Shown here: positions 17,706 to 27,431 of the stretch, piece by piece | Numbering within the stretch: position 1 is the stretch's first letter | How the letters are laid out: each line of letters starts with the position of its first letter | Assembly (NCBI GenBank): GCA_000175855.1 | Contig: ACYB01000035.1 | Coordinates: 60,001-92,000, forward strand | DNA: 32,000 bases | DNA from: Raphidiopsis brookii D9 | Lineage (GTDB): Bacteria > Cyanobacteriota > Cyanobacteriia > Cyanobacteriales > Nostocaceae | Reading direction: 5' to 3' | Notes under the pieces: model-generated | What the model was told of the DNA's origin: nothing | Seen by the model: only the letters and a program-made list of their open reading frames with translations | Databases searched by the model: none | Made by a program: the position numbers and the translations under genes

Positions 17706-19775
17706 ATGACCAACCATTTAGCTGCAAGTAGAAGTCTTTACTTGAGGAAACATGCTGATAACCCCATTGACTGGTGGCCTTGGTGTAACGAAGCATTGTC
17801 AATGGCTAAAACTGAAGATAAACCCATTTTCCTTTCCATTGGCTATTCTAGTTGCCATTGGTGCACAGTTATGGAGGGAGAAGCATTTTCTGACTTGGCA
17901 ATTGCCGAATATATGAATGCCAATTTTATTCCCATTAAAGTAGACAGAGAAGAAAGACCTGATATTGATAGTATCTATATGCAGAGTCTACAGATGATGA
18001 CTGGCCAGGGTGGTTGGCCACTGAATGCTTTTCTTTCTCCTGATGATTTAGTCCCCTTTTATGCTGGGACCTATTTTCCTGTTTCTCCCCGCTATGGTCG
18101 TCCGGGTTTCCTGGAAGTACTACAAGCTATCCGTCACTATTATGATCATCAAAAAGAGGACTTTCGTCAGCGTAAAGCATCCATCTTAGAATCTTTGCTC
18201 AGTTCTACTGTGTTGCAAAACCATGGTTCAGGTCAATTTGCCCATAGTCAATTCCACAGGTTTTTAAAACAAGGTTGGGAAACTGCTATAGGGGTGATTA
18301 CTCCCAGACAAATGGGTAATAGTTTTCCGATGATTCCCTATTGTCAGTTGGTTTTGCAAGGTACTCGCTTTAACTACCCATCTGCAAATGATGGACTGGA
18401 AATGGCTACCCAACGAGGTCTGGATCTGGCCCTGGGGGGAATTTATGACCATGTAGGTGGTGGTTTCCATCGCTATACGGTTGATGCTACCTGGACTGTG
18501 CCCCATTTTGAAAAGATGCTTTATGACAATGGTCAAATTGTTGAATATTTGGCTAATTTGTGGAGTGCTGGGGTGGAAGAACTAGCTTTTAAACGTGCAG
18601 TGGCTGGCACAGTAAGTTGGTTAGAAAGGGAAATGATATCCCCTACAGGTTATTTTTATGCTGCTCAGGATGCGGATAGTTTTAACTATTCCACTGATAT
18701 GGAACCAGAAGAAGGTGCTTTCTATGTGTGGAGTTATGGGGAATTACAAGAGCTGTTAAGTGACCAAGAGTTGCTGGAACTGAAGGAGCATTTCTCTGTA
18801 AGTTTGGAAGGTAACTTTGAGGGTAAGAATGTTTTACAGCGGTTATCTGCAGGAGAACTAGGCTCAAGTTTGGAATTGATCTTGGGGAGATTATTTCTTT
18901 CCCGTTATGGTCAGACAGCTGAAACCTTGACAATTTTCCCCCCAGCACGAAATAATTACGAGGCAAAAACTAATCCTTGGCATGGTCGTATTCCACCTGT
19001 TACGGATACTAAGATGATTGTGGCCTGGAATAGTTTAATGATCTCTGGTTTGGCTAGAGCTAGTCAGGTTTTTCAACAACCTAGTTATTTGAAATTGGCT
19101 GTGAAGGCTACTCGCTTTATTTTAGATCGTCAATTTGTAAATGGACGTTTTCATAGGCTTAACTATGATGGTGAACCTACTGTTTTAGCTCAGTCTGAAG
19201 ATTACGCTTTATTTATTAAGGCTCTATTAGATCTACATCAGGCTGACTCTGGTAGTTCTAGCTGGTTAGAACAAGCGATCGCTCTTCAAGACGAATTTAA
19301 CGAGTTTCTCTTGAGTGTGGAATTGGGTGGTTACTTTAACACATCCAGTGATAATAGTCAAGATCTAATTATTCGGGAGCGAAACTTTGTTGATAATGCC
19401 ACACCTTCAGCTAATGGAGTGGCGATCGCCAATTTGATTAAATTATCTTTACTTACAGACAACTTATACTATTTGGATTTAGCTGAGTCAGCTTTAAAAG
19501 CATTCAGCACCATGATAGAAAAGTCTCCCCAATCTTGTCCCAGTTTGTTGATAGCTAGTGATTGGTATAGAAATTCCACTTTAGTTCGCAGTAATATTGA
19601 TAATATAAAAATACTGGCCAGCCAATATTTACCAACTACGGTTTTTGATGTCATATCAAAATTGCCAACTAACACTATAGGACTAGTGTGTCAGGGTTTG
19701 AAATGTTTACCAGCACCGGTAGATTTTGATGAACTATTAGCTCAAGTACAAAGGAGTCACAATAGATTTAGTTGA
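17706..19775 (+). CDS. Thioredoxin-domain protein of the DUF255/YyaL type (thioredoxin-like N-terminus plus six-hairpin glycosidase-like domain)
   Basis: 689-aa ORF. The N-terminus reads SLYLRKHADNPIDWWPWCNEAL...KPIFLSIGYSSCHWCTVME, which is characteristic of this family. Confidence 0.88.
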   Translation: MTNHLAASRSLYLRKHADNPIDWWPWCNEALSMAKTEDKPIFLSIGYSSCHWCTVMEGEAFSDLAIAEYMNANFIPIKVDREERPDIDSIYMQSLQMMTGQGGWPLNAFLSPDDLVPFYAGTYFPVSPRYGRPGFLEVLQAIRHYYDHQKEDFRQRKASILESLLSSTVLQNHGSGQFAHSQFHRFLKQGWETAIGVITPRQMGNSFPMIPYCQLVLQGTRFNYPSANDGLEMATQRGLDLALGGIYDHVGGGFHRYTVDATWTVPHFEKMLYDNGQIVEYLANLWSAGVEELAFKRAVAGTVSWLEREMISPTGYFYAAQDADSFNYSTDMEPEEGAFYVWSYGELQELLSDQELLELKEHFSVSLEGNFEGKNVLQRLSAGELGSSLELILGRLFLSRYGQTAETLTIFPPARNNYEAKTNPWHGRIPPVTDTKMIVAWNSLMISGLARASQVFQQPSYLKLAVKATRFILDRQFVNGRFHRLNYDGEPTVLAQSEDYALFIKALLDLHQADSGSSSWLEQAIALQDEFNEFLLSVELGGYFNTSSDNSQDLIIRERNFVDNATPSANGVAIANLIKLSLLTDNLYYLDLAESALKAFSTMIEKSPQSCPSLLIASDWYRNSTLVRSNIDNIKILASQYLPTTVFDVISKLPTNTIGLVCQGLKCLPAPVDFDELLAQVQRSHNRFS

Positions 19776-19814
19776 GAGGGGGAAAGTTTTTGGGAAAATT
19801 TTGCTCCTAACCAC

Positions 19815-19842
19815 TTGACAGGGAAAAAAAATTTAGTAATAA
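19815..19842 (+). promoter_or_regulatory. Sigma70-type promoter candidate for tRNA-Asp
   Basis: A consensus -35 TTGACA (19815-19820) is separated by a 16-nt A-rich spacer from TAATAA (19837-19842). It lies about 35 nt upstream of the mature tRNA 5' end. Confidence 0.35.
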
Positions 19843-19876
19843 TATGTGGAGTAGGTGAAAATAACGAAAACCTCCT

Positions 19877-19950
19877 GGGACTGTAGTTCAATTGGTTAGA
19901 GCACCGCCCTGTCACGGCGGAAGTTGCGGGTTCGAGCCCCGTCAGTCCCG
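19877..19950 (+). tRNA. tRNA-Asp (anticodon GUC)
   Basis: The acceptor stem is GGGACTG/CAGTCCC. The anticodon stem is CCGCC/GGCGG with loop CTGTCAC (anticodon GTC). The T arm is GCGGG-TTCGAGC-CCCGT and the discriminator is G. No CCA is encoded. Confidence 0.95.
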
Positions 19951-20030
19951 TATATAATTATAAAATATGAGATAAATATTACAGGAATCTAGGTTAGAAT
20001 TGTATATTAATAAGAAAGAGAGAATTAAGC

Positions 20031-21464
20031 GTGTCTGTGAGAGTTCGTATTGCGCCTAGTCCCACTGGGAATTTGCACATTGGTACAGCCAGAACGGCTG
20101 TATTTAACTATTTGTTTGCCCATCATCAAGGTGGAAAATTCATTTTACGCATTGAGGATACAGACTTAGAGAGGTCTCGTTTGGAATACACTGATAACAT
20201 TCTACAAGGACTAAGCTGGTTAGGATTAAATTGGGATGAAGGTCCCTTTTTCCAGTCTCAAAGATTAGAACTATACCAGTTAGCAGTGAAAAAACTATTG
20301 GACCAAGGTTTAGCCTATCGTTGTTATACCACAACGGAAGAATTAGAAGCTCTCAGGGAACTGCAAAAGGCGAGAAATGAAGCGCCCAGGTATGATAACC
20401 GTCACCGGGACTTGACCCAAGAACAGGAAGCAGAATTTGTCAAACAAGGACGTTCATACGTAATTAGATTTAAAATAGACGACCAGCGACAAATCCTCTG
20501 GAATGACCTAGTGAGGGGAGAAGTGAGTTGGCGTGGTAGTGATCTAGGTGGTGATATGGTCATTGCTCGTGCTAGTGATGATGGGATTGGTCAACCCCTA
20601 TATAACTTTGTGGTTGTAGTGGATGACATTGATATGGAAATCACCCATGTCATTCGTGGAGAAGACCATATTGCTAATACAGCTAAACAAATTTTGTTGT
20701 ATGAAGCACTGGGAGCAAACATTCCCGAATTTGCCCACACACCCCTGATTTTAAATCCAGAGGGGAGAAAACTATCAAAACGAGATGGGGTAACCTCCAT
20801 TTCAGACTTCCAGAAGATGGGTTTTACTGCACCAGCACTAGTCAATTATATGACTTTATTGGGATGGTCAGCACCGGACTCAACCCAGGAAATATTTACC
20901 TTAGAAGAAGCAGCAAGGGAATTTAGCTTTGACAGGGTGAACAAAGCGGGAGCAAAATTTGACTGGGATAAACTGGACTGGATTAATAGTCAGTACATAC
21001 ATAATATGCCAATAGGAAAACTAACGGATTTATTAATACCATTTTGGCAAGATGCAGGGTATAGCTTGACCGATGGTAGAGATAGGCCATGGTTAGAGCA
21101 GTTAGTGAGTTTAATAGCACCTAGTTTAACCCGCTTGGTGGATGCTCTACCTATGACCAAGATCTTTTTTGCCAAGGGAGTGGAGTTAACGGAAGAAGGG
21201 AGACAACAACTGGAGCAAGAAGGGGTAAAAGCCCTACTGAAAGCAATTTTGGTGGCTTTAGATATTGATACGGTAACAGGGGACACAGCGCAAAATATCC
21301 TCAAGCAAGTAGTCAAAGAACAGGGAGTAAAAAAGGGTTTAGTTATGCGTTCCTTGAGAGCAGCTTTAACAGGGGATGTACACGGTCCAGACTTAATTGA
21401 GTCCTGGGTATTGTTAAATAGGATTGGCTTGGATAAACCAAGACTGAGTCAAGCTCTAATATAG
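20031..21464 (+). CDS. gltX: Glutamate--tRNA ligase
   Basis: 477-aa ORF with a GTG start. It has [18 protein letters not shown] (HIGH-type) and KLSKRDG (KMSKS-type). Confidence 0.96.
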   Translation: MSVRVRIAPSPTGNLHIGTARTAVFNYLFAHHQGGKFILRIEDTDLERSRLEYTDNILQGLSWLGLNWDEGPFFQSQRLELYQLAVKKLLDQGLAYRCYTTTEELEALRELQKARNEAPRYDNRHRDLTQEQEAEFVKQGRSYVIRFKIDDQRQILWNDLVRGEVSWRGSDLGGDMVIARASDDGIGQPLYNFVVVVDDIDMEITHVIRGEDHIANTAKQILLYEALGANIPEFAHTPLILNPEGRKLSKRDGVTSISDFQKMGFTAPALVNYMTLLGWSAPDSTQEIFTLEEAAREFSFDRVNKAGAKFDWDKLDWINSQYIHNMPIGKLTDLLIPFWQDAGYSLTDGRDRPWLEQLVSLIAPSLTRLVDALPMTKIFFAKGVELTEEGRQQLEQEGVKALLKAILVALDIDTVTGDTAQNILKQVVKEQGVKKGLVMRSLRAALTGDVHGPDLIESWVLLNRIGLDKPRLSQALI

Positions 21465-21558
21465 AAGGAGTGGGGGAAATGGGGGAGTTGGGAACCCAGA
21501 ATCTGGAATTTTTGTCTAGGTTTTATATAGCAGTAAATATCAAAGTAGAATAGATACC

Positions 21559-22062
21559 ATGGAAAAAAAAAGTCTGAATATACCAGTTGGATCAATTAGA
21601 CTATTAATACTCACAGTTGGTCTGGGAGCGATATTCGTAAATGATGATTTTGCCAATGGTCAACAAATGCCAACTATGTTTGGAGATGTACAGATTGGCC
21701 ACCAGTTCTCCCCGGATCCATTACTGGTAAGAGGAATGAGTGGTGGTTTGATTCCAGCTGGTAAAGTTAATAGTATGGATAATACTCCCACTGGTCCTTG
21801 TAGTGGATTTGTAGATGAAACACCAGACCATATTCTGAAATTAACTAGTAAGTTTGATTACTTAAAGCTACAAGTGGAAAGTCCAGAAGATACAACCATT
21901 ATGATTAGTGGAGTGGGTGGAACCTGGTGTAATGATGATTTGGATGGCAAGAATCCGGGGATTAGTGGTGAATGGTTGCAGGGTACCTATAAAATTTGGG
22001 TTGGATCCTATCAACAAGGAAAATATTTTCCCTATACTTTAAAAATTACGGAAGTTAAGTAA
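21559..22062 (+). CDS. Hypothetical secreted or periplasmic protein
   Basis: 167-aa ORF with an N-terminal hydrophobic segment (IRLLILTVGLGAIFV). It has two Cys residues (GPCSGF, GTWCNDD) and no recognisable catalytic motif. Confidence 0.7.
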   Translation: MEKKSLNIPVGSIRLLILTVGLGAIFVNDDFANGQQMPTMFGDVQIGHQFSPDPLLVRGMSGGLIPAGKVNSMDNTPTGPCSGFVDETPDHILKLTSKFDYLKLQVESPEDTTIMISGVGGTWCNDDLDGKNPGISGEWLQGTYKIWVGSYQQGKYFPYTLKITEVK

Positions 22063-22166
22063 TTGAGTTTTGATTAAGTTTTGTAAAATACTCAATGTCA
22101 GTACTTACTTTTATGTTAAGCTAGTTTGCAGCGGAGTCCACATTATACTAAACCCTAAAATTGCCA

Positions 22167-22531
22167 ATGTTAGAATTCCACAGCTTATCTGAATTTTCTC
22201 GATCAAATTGTGTGGGGATTTGTGCTTTTTTTAGTTCCTGCTAACATACTAGCAACTGTAATGACACTTTTCCTGACATTTGTTAATAGACCAATATGGC
22301 AAGTATTTCAATCCGCTGGAATTGCAGCTGGGTTTTAGTTTTTTCATGGTCTGGCATGTTTATACTTGGTTTAGTATTGGTGTAATTATGCCCCCAACCT
22401 ATATTTTACTGAGTTTAGGAACTACTTGTCTGCTGACTAACTTGGGAGCAATAGTTTGGCGGGTCAGTTTTAGACATAGCACTCCATCTCCTCGGTCAAA
22501 ACTGATTGATGAAATTAACAGCAGCTTTTAA
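22167..22531 (+). pseudogene. Small ~120-aa three-TM membrane-protein gene interrupted by two +1 frameshifts in T-runs (real pseudogene or homopolymer sequencing error)
   Basis: Three consecutive frames carry abutting hydrophobic ORF pieces: 22167-22244, then frame +1 to TAG at 22336-22338, then the track ORF ending at 22531. Removing one T from the T7 run (22226-22232) and one T from the T4 run (22333-22336) gives one continuous ORF, MLEFHSLSEFSRSNCVGICAFLVPANILATVMTLFLTFVNRPIWQVFQSAGIAAGFSFFMVWHVYTWFSIGVIMPPTYILLSLGTTCLLTNLGAIVWRVSFRHS... Confidence 0.45.
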
Positions 22532-23176
22532 ATCTTCCAAGATAAAATCTGGTTGATAGAGTTCTAATTGAGTCCGATCTCGAATTCCGCTCTCTACCCC
22601 AATCATCTTGACACCATGTTTCTTAGCTGCTGTAATGTCTACTTCTGTATCCCCCACCATCCATACTTGAGTAGCAGGAGGAAGTTCTTTGATCGCTTTA
22701 GCCATTAACAATGCCTTATCTTCAATATCACGGGTTTTTACATAGTCGTTACTCAGACAATAACGGCGATCTTCTGGAAAAAATTTGTCTAAGTTAAACT
22801 TGTCAAAAGCATAGTTTAACTCCCTTACCCGTCGCATAGTCATCACTACTAAGTCAATTCCTGCTTCCTTTACCTTAACTAAAGCTTCCAAAGCTCCAGG
22901 AACCATCACATCATAGTCAAAGTAAGGCTCTGTATGTACGGTCTCTTTCCGAATTTTAGCGAACTCCTGTGCTTGTTCCGCATCCAGTCCAGACTGAAAG
23001 GCTATTTGTTTTTCAGGAGTATGCGATCGCTTGAATTGCCAAAATTCTTCTTTTGTTAGTTTATGAGTAACCTGGGATGGGTACTTGGTTTTTTGTAGAC
23101 ACAACAAGTAAACTTGATAGTATCGTTCAGAAACATCCATAATTGGTCCGTCAAAATCAGTAATTAGTCTTAGCAT
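22496..23176 (-). CDS. HAD-superfamily hydrolase (phosphatase-like)
   Basis: 226-aa ORF with HAD motif I at the N-terminus (LITDFDGPIMD) and motif IV (MVGDTEVDITAAKKHG). Confidence 0.85.
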   Translation of the reverse strand: MLRLITDFDGPIMDVSERYYQVYLLCLQKTKYPSQVTHKLTKEEFWQFKRSHTPEKQIAFQSGLDAEQAQEFAKIRKETVHTEPYFDYDVMVPGALEALVKVKEAGIDLVVMTMRRVRELNYAFDKFNLDKFFPEDRRYCLSNDYVKTRDIEDKALLMAKAIKELPPATQVWMVGDTEVDITAAKKHGVKMIGVESGIRDRTQLELYQPDFILEDLKAAVNFINQF

Positions 23177-23257
23177 TGGCTATTCAAATAAATTTTTCCA
23201 TCCATCATTATCTCAAAAATTGGAACCGCTGTAAGAACCAAAGGTTTTTAAAAATCT

Positions 23258-24331
23258 TTAACTGGTGACGAAACCACGTTTAATCTGCTCATTTTCCATA
23301 GCGGTAAACAGGGCACGAAAATTACCTTCACCAAAACCAGAAGGATGGGAACGACGTTCAATAAATTCCAGAAAAAACGTCGGTTCCTTAAAAATTGGCT
23401 GGGTAAAGATCTGCAACAATAAGCCATTTGTAGATCCCTGAGAATCAATCAAAATTTCTTGCTGAGCGATCGCCTGAAATTCTGAGGGAGACAAAACAGA
23501 TTGGAACCGCTGATGTAGTTGTGAGTAATAACTTTGAGGTATGGAAAGAAAGGTCACACCAGCAGCACGAAAGCGGGCGATCGCCTGGGCAATATTTGTG
23601 GTACTTAGGGCGATGTGTTGCACACCGGAACCACGATTGAAATGTAAAAACTCCTGGATTTGAGAATTGTTAGATGTTGGTTGATTAATAGGGAATTTGA
23701 CTTTACCGTTACCAGAGATCATCACCTGACTGTTTAGTCCTGAGATTCCGGTGTGAATATTAAAACTTTGTTGAGGCTTAAATTCCAAAATATTTTCATA
23801 CCATTGAGCTGCTTTGATTAAATCTCCAGATTCAACATTTAGCACCACATGATCTATATCCAAAAAATTATCTTTTTCAATAATTGGTTCCCTGGGTAAC
23901 TCAATTAATGAATGACTGAGATTTCCCCAACCTTTTATTTGGCAATATTTACCAGATTGGGTTTTTTGAATAGGTTGTAAAACTATGGCACCATAATTGA
24001 TCACTCTTGCTGTGAATGTCTCTATATTCTCCACACGAAAAGCTACGTCTGCTACACCGGGGGGATGATGACATAAAAAATCTGCTACGGGACTAGTCTC
24101 CAATAATGGTGAAGAAATTAAAAAACAAACACTACCACTTCTGACCACTTGGGTATCAGTATCAGGCAATTTTTTGTGATTTATCAAATCGGAAGAAATT
24201 CCCTGATGGAGAACTGTTTCAAAACTTAAATTGTTGACAAACCAATCTCGCCACCTGTGGGCATTTTCTACATAAAAGTGAACATGATCAATTTGCAGCA
24301 TATTAGTTTTTATGGAATTATGTAATAGCAC
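23258..24331 (-). CDS. hppD: 4-hydroxyphenylpyruvate dioxygenase
   Basis: 357-aa ORF with two VOC/glyoxalase-fold halves (IDHVHFYV..., IDHVVLNV...). The HPPD C-terminal signature is present (GVQHIAL...LLQIFT...PTFFLEFIERR...GFGEGNFRALF). The start may instead be the internal Met at MLQIDHVHF. Confidence 0.9.
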   Translation of the reverse strand: MLLHNSIKTNMLQIDHVHFYVENAHRWRDWFVNNLSFETVLHQGISSDLINHKKLPDTDTQVVRSGSVCFLISSPLLETSPVADFLCHHPPGVADVAFRVENIETFTARVINYGAIVLQPIQKTQSGKYCQIKGWGNLSHSLIELPREPIIEKDNFLDIDHVVLNVESGDLIKAAQWYENILEFKPQQSFNIHTGISGLNSQVMISGNGKVKFPINQPTSNNSQIQEFLHFNRGSGVQHIALSTTNIAQAIARFRAAGVTFLSIPQSYYSQLHQRFQSVLSPSEFQAIAQQEILIDSQGSTNGLLLQIFTQPIFKEPTFFLEFIERRSHPSGFGEGNFRALFTAMENEQIKRGFVTS

Positions 24332-24352
24332 CTAAGTTTTTAAAAAATCCCC

Positions 24353-25081
24353 CTAAAAAAATAAATGACTCTCGGGTTGAATATTAATTTCCATTGGTAC
24401 TGCTTGAGGTTCTAATGATAAAGCATAAAAAATTGCATTGGCTGCGGTTTCACAACTTAACATTTTTGTTCTATCCACCTTCATGCTAACATGATCCCAA
24501 AAAGGAGAATCTATCCCACCAAAATAAAACAATGTAAACTTGACACCAAACCGTTTTAATTCTTCTGCCATGGACTTGCTAAATCCCACAACACCAAATT
24601 TAGAAGCAGAGTAAGCTGCTGCCATAGGCATTGAATGTTTACCTAATATACCTACTACATTACAGATATGACCAAATTTACGTTTTTGCATTTCTTTAGC
24701 AGCTGCTTGACAAGTATAAAAACAACCCTTTAGGTTTAAATCTAGAATTCGATTTAATTCGTCCGGGTGTATGTTATTATATGCTTTGAGAATTCCCATT
24801 CCTGCTGCATTAACTAAAATATCAATTTTACCAAAATGATCTATGGTTGTTTGTATTAGTGATTCTACCTGTTCTGGTTGAGTAATATCCGTTTCTACTA
24901 TCAGGGGTTCCGAAGATAAATCACCAGCCAGTTTTTGTAACTTTATGCCATCCTTACTAGATAGCACCAATCTTGCTCCCGTGGGTGCTAATTTACGGGT
25001 TAAAGCTGAACCAATACCACCGGTAGCACCAACGATGACTATAACTTGATCCTTGAGTCGGTTTTGAACTTGATCCTGCAT
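24353..25081 (-). CDS. Short-chain dehydrogenase/reductase (SDR), classical type
   Basis: 242-aa ORF with the cofactor-binding motif VGATGGIGSA, NAAG, and the catalytic YSASK. It ends only 21 nt upstream of hppD. Confidence 0.92.
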   Translation of the reverse strand: MQDQVQNRLKDQVIVIVGATGGIGSALTRKLAPTGARLVLSSKDGIKLQKLAGDLSSEPLIVETDITQPEQVESLIQTTIDHFGKIDILVNAAGMGILKAYNNIHPDELNRILDLNLKGCFYTCQAAAKEMQKRKFGHICNVVGILGKHSMPMAAAYSASKFGVVGFSKSMAEELKRFGVKFTLFYFGGIDSPFWDHVSMKVDRTKMLSCETAANAIFYALSLEPQAVPMEINIQPESHLFF

Positions 25082-25167
25082 GAGAGTGATAACGAGGTCA
25101 AACTACTCCAAGTAGTATAACAGATAGTGAACTCAAGAAAACTGCCATGGGTCAGGATAAAGTTAAG

Positions 25168-25554
25168 TTAAAATTTGATCCCTATTTGTCCGTTAAATCC
25201 CCGAACGGAGTTATATCCAGCTCCAATAAAAATGTGTTTACTTGTTTCCACGTGTACGCCACCGGAAAGTGACACCTCTTGCTTAGTGGAATAATAACCG
25301 ACTCCCAAGTATGGCGATATAAATGGTAGATTAATAAACTTGAGAACATCCGCACCCGTCACACCATCTTTACCAGTTCCCACTTCTAAACCAAAACCAA
25401 AAACCTTGACCCCCCCCGCGTATGTGATGGCGCTATCCTTAGACCCTACCGCTATCCAAGGTTCGGGAATCAGTTGTGCTGATGCTTGATTGGGGTTAAA
25501 TAACCCTAGCAACCCTATGGATGTAATAATCGCTTTGATAATTAATGGCTTCAT
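25168..25554 (-). CDS. Small secreted beta-strand-rich protein, outer-membrane beta-barrel-like, with a C-terminal Phe
   Basis: The track ORF starts at 25590, inside argS. I prefer the Met at 25554, which has GAGGAAGG immediately upstream. The signal peptide is MKPLIIKAIITSIGLLGLFNPNQASA. Alternating G/aromatic strands end in ...GQIGIKF. Confidence 0.7.
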   Translation of the reverse strand: MKPLIIKAIITSIGLLGLFNPNQASAQLIPEPWIAVGSKDSAITYAGGVKVFGFGLEVGTGKDGVTGADVLKFINLPFISPYLGVGYYSTKQEVSLSGGVHVETSKHIFIGAGYNSVRGFNGQIGIKF

Positions 25555-25576
25555 CCTTCCTCTTTGTGTAAACGGT

Positions 25577-27334
25577 CTAGATTCTTTCAATCACTTTAAT
25601 ACCTAATAAACCCAGTCCTAATCCTAGTGTTCTTGCTGTTACATAACATAACATCAATCTAGAAGTTCTAATGGGGTCTTCTGTTTTAAGTACTGGACAC
25701 CTGTCATAGAATTTATTAAATTTCTCGCTGAGACTATACAAATACTCGCATAGACGATTAGGTAATAAATCCTGTTCTACTTGATAAAGTATGTCGTCTA
25801 ATTGTAACAAATGCTTGGCTAGAGCTAGTTCTGTCTCTTCTTGAAGAATAATTTTGGCATCGGGAGCCAAATTTTCAAAATCGATTTTACCTTCCCGACT
25901 AATACCCTGAGTTCGGACATAAGCATATAGCATATATGGTGCTGTATTGCCTTTTAAGGAAAGCATCTTATCGTAACTAAAAACATAGCTACTGGTACGA
26001 TTTTGACTTAAATCCGCATATTTTACCGCGCTTATACCAACTGTTTGAGCCACGTTATGGATAAATTCCGGGGTTTCTTGTCTACCTTCTTGTTGTAATC
26101 TAGCTTCTAAATCTGTGCGAGCGCGGAAAACTGCTTCATCCAATAGGTCCTTTAATCTTACCGTATCTCCAGAACGGGTTTTGAATTTTTTGCCATCTTC
26201 ACCCAAGACTAACCCAAAGGGAATGTGAACCAATTCCACATCATCGGGTATCCATCCAGCTTTTTGGGCAACTTGAAAAAATTGGGCGAAGTGATTTGCT
26301 TGTCCCGCATCGGTAACGTAAATTATCCTTTTAGCGTGATCTTCCCGAATGCGGTAAAGTAATGCTGCTAAATCTGTTGTGGCGTAGTTATAACCACCAT
26401 CTGATTTCTGTACGATTAATGGTAGTGCTTCTCCCTCTCTATTAGTAAATCCCTCTAAGAAAACACATTTTGCTCCTTGATTTTCTTCGACTAGTCCTGC
26501 TTTTTCTAAATCTTCCACTATTTTTGATAGAAAGGGATTATAAAATGATTCTCCTCTTTCAACTATTTTAATATCTAACAGGTCGTAAATTGTCTGAAAC
26601 TCTTTACGTGATTGTGCACACAATAAATTCCATGCATGAGTTGTATCTTCTGCTCCCGCTTGTAGTCTAACTACCTCTTGACGTGCTATTTCTTGAAAAG
26701 TTGGATCTGCATCAAATCTCTGCTTGGCTTGACGATAAAAGCTGACTAAATCTCCTATATTGAGAACATTGGCAGTGGTAAGCGCTTGTGGATATACCTC
26801 ACGTAAATAGGCAATTAACATGCCAAATTGTGTCCCCCAATCACCTACATGATTTAGTCTTAATACCTGATGACCACGAAACTCTAAAATTCTGGCAATA
26901 CAATCACCAATAATTGTGGAACGCAAATGTCCAACGTGCATTTCTTTAGCTATGTTTGGACTGGAAAAATCAACTATTTGCTTTTGGGGTTGATCCACTC
27001 TAGGAACTCCTAAACGGGGATCTGTTTTAATGGCATTCAGTTGTGATTCTAAATAGGATATTTGTAATTTTAGATTAATGAATCCAGGTCCGGCAATTTC
27101 TGGTACTTCACACAGATCTGAGACATCTAATTCCTCTACTATAGCTGCAGCAATGGACCTGGGATCCATCCCCAATTTTTTACTCAGGGATAATGCCACG
27201 TTGGCCTGAAAATCACCAAATTTAGGATTACTTGCTGCTACTAAAATGGGATCTACTTTCATATAAGCTTCGCCAAATCTAGCCACTAATGCTTGCTGTA
27301 GTTTCAATTTCAGTTTTTGTTGTGTAGGGTTCAT
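25577..27334 (-). CDS. argS: Arginine--tRNA ligase
   Basis: 585-aa ORF with [16 protein letters not shown] (HIGH-type) and ArgRS-typical N-terminal and anticodon-binding regions. Confidence 0.97.
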   Translation of the reverse strand: MNPTQQKLKLKLQQALVARFGEAYMKVDPILVAASNPKFGDFQANVALSLSKKLGMDPRSIAAAIVEELDVSDLCEVPEIAGPGFINLKLQISYLESQLNAIKTDPRLGVPRVDQPQKQIVDFSSPNIAKEMHVGHLRSTIIGDCIARILEFRGHQVLRLNHVGDWGTQFGMLIAYLREVYPQALTTANVLNIGDLVSFYRQAKQRFDADPTFQEIARQEVVRLQAGAEDTTHAWNLLCAQSRKEFQTIYDLLDIKIVERGESFYNPFLSKIVEDLEKAGLVEENQGAKCVFLEGFTNREGEALPLIVQKSDGGYNYATTDLAALLYRIREDHAKRIIYVTDAGQANHFAQFFQVAQKAGWIPDDVELVHIPFGLVLGEDGKKFKTRSGDTVRLKDLLDEAVFRARTDLEARLQQEGRQETPEFIHNVAQTVGISAVKYADLSQNRTSSYVFSYDKMLSLKGNTAPYMLYAYVRTQGISREGKIDFENLAPDAKIILQEETELALAKHLLQLDDILYQVEQDLLPNRLCEYLYSLSEKFNKFYDRCPVLKTEDPIRTSRLMLCYVTARTLGLGLGLLGIKVIERI

Positions 27335-27431
27335 ATTTTAATCAAGTCTATTGGTGTGGAAAACTCTAAAACTCGGTTGATTTTGGTGCTGTCTGACTAT
27401 CTTAACCGATGACTTGCTCACAATTTTATCT

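Noticed and set aside
21466-21496. G-rich reiteration (GTGGGGGAAATGGGGGAGTTGGGAAC) after gltX, reminiscent of Nostocales STRR heptamer repeats
   Set aside because: It has only two to three imperfect units. That is too short and irregular to call a repeat array.
21545-21557. NtcA-like site GTAGAATAGATAC just upstream of the 21559 gene
   Set aside because: The spacer is N7, and the site abuts the start codon with no room for a -10 element.
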